In this document: positions 24,901 to 36,900 of the stretch, one piece after another
How positions within the stretch are numbered: the first letter of the stretch is position 1
How the letters are laid out: each line of letters begins with the position of its first letter
NCBI RefSeq assembly: GCF_030028105.1
Contig: NC_092400.1
Span: forward strand, 23,642,206 to 23,706,205
Direction of reading: 5' to 3'
DNA length: 64,000 nucleotides
Origin: Mobula birostris
Lineage: Eukaryota
The notes under the pieces: model-generated
Database searches by the model: none
What the model saw: only the letters and a program-made list of their open reading frames with translations
Told to the model about the DNA's origin: nothing
Made by a program: the position numbers and the translations under genes

Positions 24901-27900
24901 CAGACCATATTGTGTCACATTTTGTATATGGCACCTCATCCCCTGGGTAAGGGTACTTGTGTATTTCAATATTGCTGCATCATCCAGGGGTTGACTAAGA
25001 ATGCCCAGCTGTATCATAAAGATTTAAATTACATTACCTGGAATACAAACAATTTTTTTGTAAAATCTATTTTACTTTATTTTTCTTTTCAGATTATAGT
25101 ACCTATACTCAAGCTGCAGCTCAGCAAGGGTAAGTGTATCTGATGGACTTTATCGGAAATTTCATTGGTTGTCATGTCTTTGAAAATCGGTCTTTGGTTT
25201 CAAGTACTCAAGTAATGGCTTATATTTTCTAATTTAAAAATTGAAATAGATACAGCTTGTATTGTAATTATTAGGACAAACTGAAGTTCTTAATATTTCA
25301 GATTCAAGCTCTCAGCTGGATGATGATGGGTGGGTGGCAGTGAAATTAATCAGTTTTCCAGATGTCAGAATTCATTCAGAATTATTTTGTATTAATTTTT
25401 GGAGTTGAGTACTTTGTCTAATTCAGCGGTCCCCAACCACCGGGCCGCAAGGAAACAATATAATTTGGCAATAGGAGTCAGCTGCACCTTTCCTCATTTC
25501 TGGACTTATTTCCTGGCAGAATTTACATATTACTATTTAATTATTTATGGTGCAACTGTAACAAAAACCAATTTCCCCCGGGATCAATAAAGTATGACTA
25601 TGACATTCCCTGTCACGCCCACTGTTGGGCTTGAATGCACGCAAGGTCATTACGCACGCGTCATCCATGTCAGCGCGGGAAGGAGATCAATGACGGTGGG
25701 CTGAAAAGTATGTTTGACATAACATCTCTGCCGGCATTCTGGATCAAAATCAGGACTGAATATCCTGAGATAGCTACAAAAGCACTGAAAACGTTGCGTC
25801 CATTTCCAACATACCTCTGCAATAAATACAACGAAAACTAAATTGTGGAATAGACTGGACATAAGGAACCCCCTTCGAGTATCACTGTCTTCCCATCACT
25901 CCTCAATGGGACAGTCTTGTTGCAGGAAAACAAGCCCAGGGCTCCCACTGATTCAGCGATATTGGTGTGTTGCAATGATTTTATATGTTCATACGGGGAA
26001 AATATGTGCTGTGTGTTTAATATTCAAATGTTACTTAAAATGTTATGATACTATTGACTTATATAACCATATAACAATTACAGCACGGAAACAGGCCATC
26101 CCTGCCCTTCTAGTCCGTGCTGAACGCCACTGTCACCTAGTCCCACCGACCTGCACTCAGCCCATAACCCTCCATTCCTTTCCTGTCTATATACCTATCC
26201 AATTTTTCTTTAAAGTATAATACCGAACCTGCCTCTACCACTTCTACTGGAAGTTCGTTCAACACTTACTTCAAACTCCCCGTCCTCCCCTGATAATTGA
26301 CTTATCACTATATTCATGCGAGGAAAATATGCGCTGTGTGTTTAATATTAAGTTCGTTAGATAAACCCTTTTAGAAACGAATGTATTAGCCACTTATCAC
26401 CTATATTGCGTTGGTGATTAACACCCCCCCCCCCCAATAGCAGAATGGCCAAAAACGATTTGTAGGAAAAAATTGGCACATACAGGCATGCGCACTGGTG
26501 CCTGCACAAGGCTTCATGGTCATTGTAGTCTTTCTCGGGGGTAAACTCAACGTATTTGACTGCTACTCTTGTTCGTTGGCAACCCTAACACCCCCCCCCC
26601 CCCCCCCCCCGGCCCTGGTCGGCCGGTCCGCAAGAATATTGTCAATATAAAACCGGTCCGCAGTGCGATAAAGGTTGGGGACCCCTGGTCTAATTCACAC
26701 CATTACCCATACTTGATATTCATATTGTACTGTTCCATTTTCAAACATGGTTAAGCCCCTCTAAATGTTTTGTGTCACCCCCTAAAGGAATAGCCAAAAT
26801 CCATTGTAAATATTATTGTAAATTTTATCTTTTAAATTCAATTTCGCTTTTACATGTGGCTGAGGTTTGGAAAAAACAAGCTGTAAACCACTTGTGCCAT
26901 TAATTACTTTAAATACTTTAATTACTTTACCTTAAAGAATAGGTAGGGGTGCATTTTTTAACAACTAATGGAGCATAGATCTGGGTGAAGCAGCTAATCT
27001 CTAATATTTTGGTAGCTTGGGTATTCCATGTGCTTCATGACAGATGTTCTTGTCATGGGCATTTCTTGTCCCCAGTTTTCCTGAAGAGTCAAAGTAATTC
27101 CTGATACCAGCTAACTTGTGAGCACCATTTGGTTTGTACGGCTTTATCTGTGGGTAGGTTAGATGGACTGTTAATATTTCATGTAGCATTAACTAGGCCA
27201 TTGCAATACTGGAGAATTTAACCTACATAAGTGAAGCTATGCAATAAGAGGCTATATTTCTATACAGATGTCCCCCACTTTACGAAAGTTCACTTTACGC
27301 CACCTCACTTTTATGAAAGACCTACATTAGTACCTGTTTTCACTAACCGAAAGAAATCCGAAGAGGATTTTTGCTTTTACGGAAAAAGGTGAAAAGCGAA
27401 AATAGTGTTCAGCGTTTGTTTTGCAGCGAGCTGTTATAGAGGCAGCGTGCGCCCCGAGCAGTGAGAGTGGCGAAAAGTGAAGCTCCTTCCCTGGGAACTA
27501 CACTCAGCTTCAAGCCACCATAGTTTTGAACTGTGTGAGATTTTCACTACGATTGACAGTGCTGCAATGATTGCAGAAAAGTATGACTTTAATTTTGAAA
27601 GGGCACGTAGGTTTAGGGCAGGTTTGCAGGATGTTTTGAGTGCTTACAAAGAACTGTATGAGTGTGCTCGCTGTCTTCCTGATTCTGGTAAGTGGAACTA
27701 CACTACATTATTTCTACTTTATGTAGGCTGTGTATTTATCATATCATTCCTGCTTTTACTATATGTTAGTGTTATTTTAGGTTTTATGTGTTTTGATAGG
27801 TTATTTTTTGGGTCTGGGAACGCTCAAAAATTTTTCCCATATAAATTAACTTTACGCCATTTTGGCTTATGAAAGGTTTCATAGGAATGCTCTACTTTTG

Positions 27901-30900
27901 GATAGCGGGGGGAACCTGTATATCATTTATCTAAAATATCAATCAGGCCTCCTTGGACCTTTTCACCAAGACAGTTGATGTCTTGTTAAAATGTGGATAA
28001 AGTCAGCCATTCGTGTATACTAAATGTAAAAGGTACGCTGTTATTTGAATAACTATGACTTTTACATGCAGTGTACATTTCTTGAAGTGACATCCATCCT
28101 TCAGTGATGATCAGATCCAGGATGGACAAATTTCCATTTGGTACATGCAGACAAATTCTATATAGCAATTCTTCTTGCAGTGCCAACTTGGTTATTATTG
28201 TGGTCATCTGCTTGAAATATAAAGAAATTCCTCCTCTGCTTCCAGATCAAAAGTTGAATATAAGTAAGAAACTGTATTTAAGTGCAAATTAATTGGGAGC
28301 AGACCCTAGGTGCTGAATGCTTCATAAATTGTTGAAGGTATTAAGTGTTTGCCTTGTTTTTAAACACATCTTCCCACTTTCTTAGGTTCAGCTAAATTAT
28401 CTTTTTGCAGAATAGTTTATGTATTAATTGAATTGTGCAGGTCTGCTTATAGTTACTTTAATCAGTGTATTAGAAGTGCCATTTTGCACAAGTTGTGAAA
28501 TTGGCACTTTCTGATACACTTAGTTGATTGGGCAGCATTTGTGGAAAGTGAATTGAGGTTACTGCTGGGAACTAGGAAAGAGGTGGTTTAATGTTGAGTT
28601 GCAGAGAATGTTATGGTATGAATAGCATGAATGGAGTCTCTAGGTAAGACCAGTACTGCTGTGGGGATAAGTTATTGAGGTCATTCAGTTGGTGGGTAAA
28701 TTGAAGCTTTTCAGTGGGAATGGAACAAAGCCATGAGAAGAGGGCATTTGAAGAGAGAATAGACAAAGAAACATGATTAGATGAGCAGTACAAGGATGTG
28801 GAAAGGACTTCTTTTACTTGCCTCATTTTGTATCTTTTGGTTAATTTTGTTTAATTTTCAGTGTACAGTTTGGGTAACGGAAATTTGCCTTTGCAGAATT
28901 CATAAATCACTAAATATCGACTTTGTGAGGATAAAAAAAAACAAATTAACAAAATGTGGGGGGGGGGATTGTTGCATTAGGGAAAATAGTGATTCTGTAA
29001 TATGTAGGAGCAGAATTGGGCCATATACTTCTCTGTTCAGTCATCGCTAATTTATTTTCCTACCTCTACATGTAACATTTGACACCCTTACTAACCAAGA
29101 ATCTATCTATTTCTGCTTTAAACATACCCAGTGACTTGGTGTCCACAACCATATGTGGACAGAAAATCTGCGGATTCACCACCCTCTGGATAAAGAAATT
29201 CTTTCTCATCTCCGTTGGAAAGGGATGTTATTTTATTCTGAGCCTGTACCCTCTGATCCACATGCACTCTATCCAGGCCTATCAATAGTCACTAGGTTTC
29301 AATGAAATCCATTGTCCTTCTAAATTTCAGCAAGTACAGGGCCCTGTGCAATGAATTGCTCCTCAATCATTAACCCTATCATTCTTGCAAACCACCTCTG
29401 GAACCTCTCCAACACCAGTACATCCTTCCCTAGATATGGGACCCAAAACTACTTGCAATATTCCAAATATGGTCTGACCAGCACCTTACATAACCTCAGT
29501 GTTACACCTTGTTTCTGTAATCTAGTCATCTGAAATGAATGCTGACTGATTTTTACCTTCCTTGCTACCAACTCGACCTGAAGGTTACTCTTTAGGAAAT
29601 CCTGAACTAGGACTCCTAAAGTCCCTCTACGCTTCCATTTTCTGAATTATCTTCCCATTTAGAAAATAGTCTAGCCAATTAGAATATTTATTCCTTCTAC
29701 CAAAGTGCATGACCATACACTTACCTACACCGTATTCCATCTGCCACTTCTTTGCCTGTTTTCCCAACCTGCCCAAGTGCTTCTGCAGATTTGTTTCCTC
29801 AGCGTTACTTGCCTTTCCATCTGTATCAACTGGAAACTTGGACACAAAACCATCAATCCTGTCATCAGATTATTAGCATATAACATGAAAAGTAGCGGAC
29901 CAAGCTGAACTGCAGAAAGTCAGAAGGGGCCCCCTTTATCTTCTATCTATGCTGGTATGTTTGCTTTCATACCTTGTGCTTCTGTTTTCAAGCCTTGTGT
30001 GGCATCTTGTTAAGGCCTTCTAAAAATCCAAGTATATAACCTTTATTGACTCTCCATCTCTTGGCTTGAATTTGATTAGCAATTCTGACACCTTTATCAG
30101 ACAAGATCTCCCCTTAAAGATATCGTGCTGACTTCTATTAATTTTATCGTGTATTCCAAGTGTCCTGAAGCCTCATCCTTAATAATATCAACCACTGAAG
30201 TCATTTTAACTGGTCTTTTTGCCTCCATCCCTTAAAGGGTGGAATGACATTTGCTGTTTTCCTGTCTTGTGGAGCCGTTCCTGACTAGTGATTATTGAAA
30301 GATTACTACTGTCTCCCAAATATCATCTACCTCTTTCAGAACCCTGTGGTCCAGGTGACTTGTCTACCTATTAACCTTTCAGCTTCCCAAGCACCTTCCA
30401 GTAATGGTGACTACACTCACTTGTGCTCCCAACTCTCAAATTTTTGATGTGTTGCTGGTGACTTCCACTGTGAAATTTACAAAATACTCGTTCAGTTCAT
30501 TGCCCATTCATTTGTTCCCCATTGCAATGCCCAATTTTATTCTTATACCTGAAAAATATTTGTATACTCTACATTATTGGCTTTCTTACCTTCATATTTC
30601 ATCTTCCTTCCCCTGTTGCTTTTTAAAAGCTTCCCAATCCTCTGATTCCTTGCTTACAATGTTGCAAAAAAAAAAAAGCCCTCTATTGCTTTCATGCTGT
30701 CTGACTTCCCTTGTCAGCCACTGTTGCCTCTAGAATGCTGCTGCTGCTTTGGGATCATGCTGTTGCTGCTCTACCATGACCCCTGATTAGGGTCCCTTCC
30801 AATCAACTTTGGTCAGTCCTTTTTGTGCCTCTGTAGTAATACCAACATGTCTGATTTTTTTTTTTTGCTTCTCCCTCAAACTGAAGGATGAATTCTATCA

Positions 30901-33900
30901 TATAATCACTGCCTTGAAGGGTTCCTTTAGTTCTCTTATCAAATCTGGTTCATTGCACAACCTTGAATGAAAAATTGCCGTTTCTCTAGTGGGCTCAACC
31001 ATATGCTGTTTTACAAAGCAATCTAGTAGACATTCCTTCTCTTAGGGATCCAGTGCCATTTACCTTTTCTGATCCCTGTTCTAATTTGTAACCTACATTG
31101 TGGCAACTATTCAGAGGCCTGTATAAGATGCATCAAAGTCATCTTATCCTGCAGTTTAACTCCACTCATAAGGATCTTCCATTTCTGATCTTGAGTCACT
31201 TCTTGCTAAGGGTTTTATTTCATTTTTAACACCCCCTGCCTATTTGTTTTTCTTTCAACCGGCGACTCTGCCCAGTGTTACACCTGCCAATACCAGCAAC
31301 TTTCTAGGAATTCAACTGCTGCGTAGCCTGAGGATGTCACTTCAACTTGCTCTCATCTGGTGACTACAAACCTGGTTGCAAGTCTCTTTACCTATCAATT
31401 CCTCCCCTGTCTTCTGCAATTCAAAGCAACTCGTTTCCTCTCTTTGCCAACTTTGACAAAAGGGGTCTGAGATTATTTGTATCTTTTAAGCAATGTGAAC
31501 ACACTGTATATCTTTGCAGGTATGGAACCTATGCGGCTCAGCCTACTCAAGCATATGGACAGACAACCCAAGTAAGATTTTGGCTCTTTTTTTTTGTGAT
31601 ATTGTATGTTAATTTTGAAGCCTTAAGTTTTAAGAATGTTGATAATTCGTTGAATTTCATTGAGCTTTAGCTTTTTGTGTATTGTTCCTTTATAACTTGA
31701 ATTCAAATAGGCATATGCGCAGCAGAGTTATGGAGCCTATACTCAGCCTACTGATACAACATATACTCAAGCACAAACAACTGCAGCATATGGGCAGACA
31801 GCATATGCCACTGCATATGGGCAACCCCAGACTGGTAAGGGTTAACTTCTGTTAATTTTTTTAATTTTCATTTAAATTCTATGATTAATTCTTATCTTTT
31901 TGTTTTGCTGTCTGTTGTGCTTTCTTGAGTAGAAGGGACAAGTGCAGGTTAGAATGCCTGGTTGTTGTTGCATGGTTCATGTTGGCATTTTACATCAAAC
32001 ATTTGAAACTTCAATATAAAATTAACTGACTTGTCATGCATGCTCAATATTGTGATTAGACTGTCCTTGATGTTACAGGGAAAGAAATAATTTGCCCTTG
32101 AAATTAATTTTAAATTTTAGATTGGCTGGCATTCAGCCAATTATGAAATTTATACACAGTCCTTTGCTGTATATATGTACAGGTCCAAGACCAGCACAAG
32201 TGACAGCTGTTTAGAAAGGCATAATTTACCACTTGGGTATTTCTCAGTGTCAGCAAGTACAACTGGTAAATCTTCATTTGGCCCATTATACAAATTATAT
32301 TCTAGTTGTGACTGATTAAAGTTTAGGAGTGACCAGAATTTATCCTTTTGAGGTGTTATCATGAAAGGTTATGTTTCTAAACATTGCCTGAATTAAAATG
32401 CATTTATTAAAAGGTTAATTGTATTGACTACATAACACTGAGTTAGAAAGGTGTGGCAATGTGTTGAATTCACAAGTTGAATTTGAAAAACATTAGTTCA
32501 ATTAACGTTGATGGGGAAGTTCTTTTAGCCTTCTTGCTATTGCAAAATTGACTTTAGTTAAAGAAGTGTACTGACTTGGCTGAAAAAAATCTCCATTAAA
32601 TGTGCCCATTTCCTGCTTGTTATCAGAAAATGAAGTAGGCATGAGAGTAAAATGCATTTGAGCTCTGTTTTCTGAGACTATTATGTTGCAAAGTGGGGGG
32701 TGTGCTGAAGTTCCGATTTCAGAGCATCTCTGGCTCATGCATGCAAGGATACTGGGGTAGCAACTTTGCTATCAGATACATTGTACGCTCTCTGTGGGGG
32801 GAAGTGACAAATCATATTAAAATTTCAGCTGCATTGGGCATTTTTGTAACGGCTTTAAAATACTGGGAGATGCAAGTAGAATCCTGCTTCCAAGCTTGTA
32901 TATCATCTCATTGATTTCAGTAGTGCGAGTCCGGTATTGCAGCATTTACTTCTTAAGTCTATGGGTAAAACAAACATTTCCTAATTTATCCTTAATTTCG
33001 GGCCAGCAAAGCACTTCACACATTTTATGTCTAAAGGCATTTTTTTTAATCAAAAGATGCTAGTTGACGGGTCTGGTGCTCATTCTAGTGAGCATGAGCA
33101 ATTAGCAATATGTTGAATTAAGTCTGCATATAAAACTATTGTAGAAATGTTAGTACATTTTTCTTTTCAATAGGTTATAGCGCACCAATTGCGCCTCAGG
33201 CTTATAGCCAGCCTGTGCAGGCTTACAGTACAACTGGATATGACAGCACTGGTACTCCACAAGCTACGTATGGTCAACAGCCAACCTATGGTCAGCAACC
33301 CACCTATGCTGCATATGGGCAACACACAGCTACAACGGTTGCACCTACCAGGTATAAGTCAGCTGTTTTATAGCTTGCAGGGAAGGTGTGAGAAAGGTTT
33401 TTATATTATAAAAAACTCCCGGAGTCTGTACATACTGTGCCAACGAATTATGCATGACTCATTGTCACTGGAACTCCTAATTGCTTAAGACCATATTCTG
33501 ATTTTAATTTGGGGTGAATGAGTATTGAATTCTTTAAATGAATCATAACCTGGATAACTTATTTTGGCTATATTTAATATTTTTGGGGAAAATAGAAAAA
33601 TGTAGACTTTTCCTGGCACACATGGCTTTTAGTGACTTTAGGTAAGATGTTACTTATTCAGTAATTTGTCTTAGAAAAGGTAATGTTGAGAAATTTGCAT
33701 TTATGTGGTTCCCTATGATTAGAGCAGCTTCATTACTGCTAAAGAAGGCTACTCAAGTGTTTGCCCACTGGCAGGAATCACAGTTAATAATTTTTAGAAA
33801 ATTTCAGAAGTTGGAAGCCTGGACAATTGTGTAAATTTATTTTAAATCCAGCTTTGTTAGATATTGCATAATCCAGTTAGATTTTAAACATGTTCTATCA

Positions 33901-36900
33901 AAATACAAAGTTATGTATATTTTCTGTCTTTAATTTCCTCTAACATATACCATTTTTGCTCTTTATCTCTAAACACCACTCTTTTGTCCACCCTGAGTCA
34001 ATAGTAACTTTGTATGTAATTTATAATTGCTGACTTAAATTTCAGAGCACAAGATACAACCAAGCAAGATGATTACAGCCAACCAAGTACTGGTTATGCG
34101 CAATCTAATGTAGGATACAGCCAAACGAATTATGGATACCCTCAAATGAGTGTTCATGGAACTTATCCTCTTCAACCTCCCAGTGCTCCCCCATCTTTTC
34201 CTCCTACAAGGTAATTGTTTCATTTCTGATGTGATGTGAGGAAATGGATTTTCCAACATTACCCCAAATTCTTTCTCTTAATGATAATGTTTTGAAGGTT
34301 GACAGGTGTGTTTCTGCCCAACTGTCATATTTAAGATGAGAGAGGATGTCACATTGTTGGTAGAAAATGTACAATAAATAGTTTGGTGCCTTAAAACAGG
34401 AATTATTTCTCTCCCAAAACATTTTTTAAACTGCATTTGGGCAGTAACTTAAGTCATTGAGAGGGAGAATTTTGCGTTCTTCAGAGGATCTATTTCAGTG
34501 CATTATTTTGTATGTTTTAAATCTGTCATACGAGTTTGTTTCTTAAAATCCTTCAAATACATTTTGCTACTATTTCAATGTTAAATGTTTTTAGCTTGTG
34601 TATTCCATATTTTAACCCTTTGAAACAAATTTGAGTTAACTTTATTTTCAAGCTTGTGACCTTTGGCTATCGCTTGCCATCATTTTTTTTAATAGTTACA
34701 GTAGCACCACTCAGCCAACTGCCTATGATCAGAGCTCTTACAGCCAGCAGGCAAGTTATGGACAACAGGGGAGTAGCTATGCACCACCACCACCCCCAAC
34801 TGGAGGATACAGCCAACAGCAACCACCTACAGGGTTTGGTCAGCAGTCTAGCTATGGACAGCAAACAGACTATAGCCAACAAAGCCAGTACAGTAAGTTT
34901 GACTTTTGTATGTTTTGGTAAAATAGTGCTAGTAGTATAAGTCACTTTGAAATTAAACAGTAACAGGCAACAAAGAAGCTAATAGTAGAATAAATTTTTT
35001 TTTGAAACTATTTTTTGAATTATTTGGGTTAAAATCCAGGCCAGTTGTAATGGAGTTGGCCAGGCCCATATTGTGCTTGATGCTTATCCTAAATTTCCTA
35101 ATTATTGCCCTCAAATGTGATTAATACTAGTAAATTAACCAACAAAATGCTTATCTAGGTTCCTATAGGCAGGAGCAACCATCTACTAATAACATGAGTG
35201 GGTATGGACAAGACCAGAGTAGCTACGGAACCTCAAACAGTAGCTCTGAAAACCGTAGCAGAAGTCGTGGAAGCTATGATCAAGGAAGCAGAGGAAGTAG
35301 TTACAGTAGAGGTGGTCGGAGTGGACGAGGTGGCATGGGGTAAGATGACCTCTTCCTTTTGGAGAGATTAATACAAGAAATCACCCAGAGTAACAGTTAA
35401 CAATACAGGGCTGAAAGCATTTAGCTGATTTGAAAGTACTGTAACAAAAATAACCTCTGGGTTTAACTGGCCACTTTCCCAAATAACTCATTGGAGTTAT
35501 CAGGAACTAGATGTCCCCAAATGAGAAGTTTGCTTTTAAACTTTATATCTAAATTAATATAGATTTTAATTTTTTAAATCCATGGCCCATTAAAATCTTT
35601 GTCCGGGAATTTGTGACGTGAAATGATTACAGTTTTCAGCCCTGCTAATTTTCCAAAGGCAATGTCTAGCCTCTGTGGAATAGTTTGCTTTATCTTAATT
35701 TCCACTTATATAATGTAAAAGAAATTTAGATAAACTATAGATGTAATTTTGATTTGCTTTGAAATATGCATCTGGCAAATAAAATGTGGGATTTTGTTAA
35801 AACCTTTGAAACTAATTTGAATTGGTTGTCCTACGCTATGTAAATTTGAGGGAGGTTAACTTAAAACGTAGTATTTGCTCCACATAATATGACATTGCCT
35901 TCCTGGTGAAACCTTTAATCCTGAGATAAGTTGTGTTAAATTGTCCTTCGCTTTCTCTTTACATATTGCTACCACATAGGTGAGAATATTAATGTGTTTT
36001 GTTACAGTGTTTATATTTTGGAGTATCTCTCAAACATCACTACATCAATCTCATTAGTATTTTGGAAAGGGCATTATAGTCCCTTCCACCTACTTCCAGA
36101 ATTAAAATATTTTGCAATGGCAAAATTATGGGGTGTGAAGTGGAACATCTTATAAATTTGTAATTATTTGGAGCCTGGATTCATTTTTAATAATCGTGCA
36201 TTTATTTTATGTTGGTGTAGGCTTTGCTTTATGCATATGCCATACTTCATTTGAAAATCGATGTAGCAATTTTTGAAAGTTAGACTCCTTGTGGCCAGTT
36301 TTATTTTTGTTGCTAACACTCTACAAATGCAGAAATACAATTGTTGCACTATAATTTAGGAGAATATGATAAAGGTTTCACTTCAACGTCTGGAAGTTAA
36401 CTTGACTATTTTAAGTTAATGGGGTTTCCATTTGCCTGGTACCTACGATATTTATATTTCTGAAAAAATGTGAATAACGTGAACCATTAATTTACTTGAA
36501 TTTAAATAATTCCCGTACAATTACCTAAAAATAGAGGCAATGGAAACCCTATAGTCATTGCGTTTAAAGACTCCATTGTACTTGTTTACTAATCAACAAG
36601 GGAGCTGAAAGCATTATCGGGTTATGCCTTGTAATAGGCAGGGTCAGTGGAAAGTAGGAGTTATTTTACTAGTGTTCAATTTGAACTTGCCAGTAAGGGT
36701 TTTAAACAAGTATCACTTTAAATGGCGCCTTGTTCAAAAATGACTAATTTGAGTACAATCATTGTGCAACTTCAAATGAGCATTTTTTTTAAAGTCCCGA
36801 AACAACTGTAGTGATTTACCAATGCCAAATTTGTTGAAAGTAAATATCACCCTCTGTGTGTGAGGGCTATTTTAAATTGCTTGTGGGTTGAGTGTTTGTA

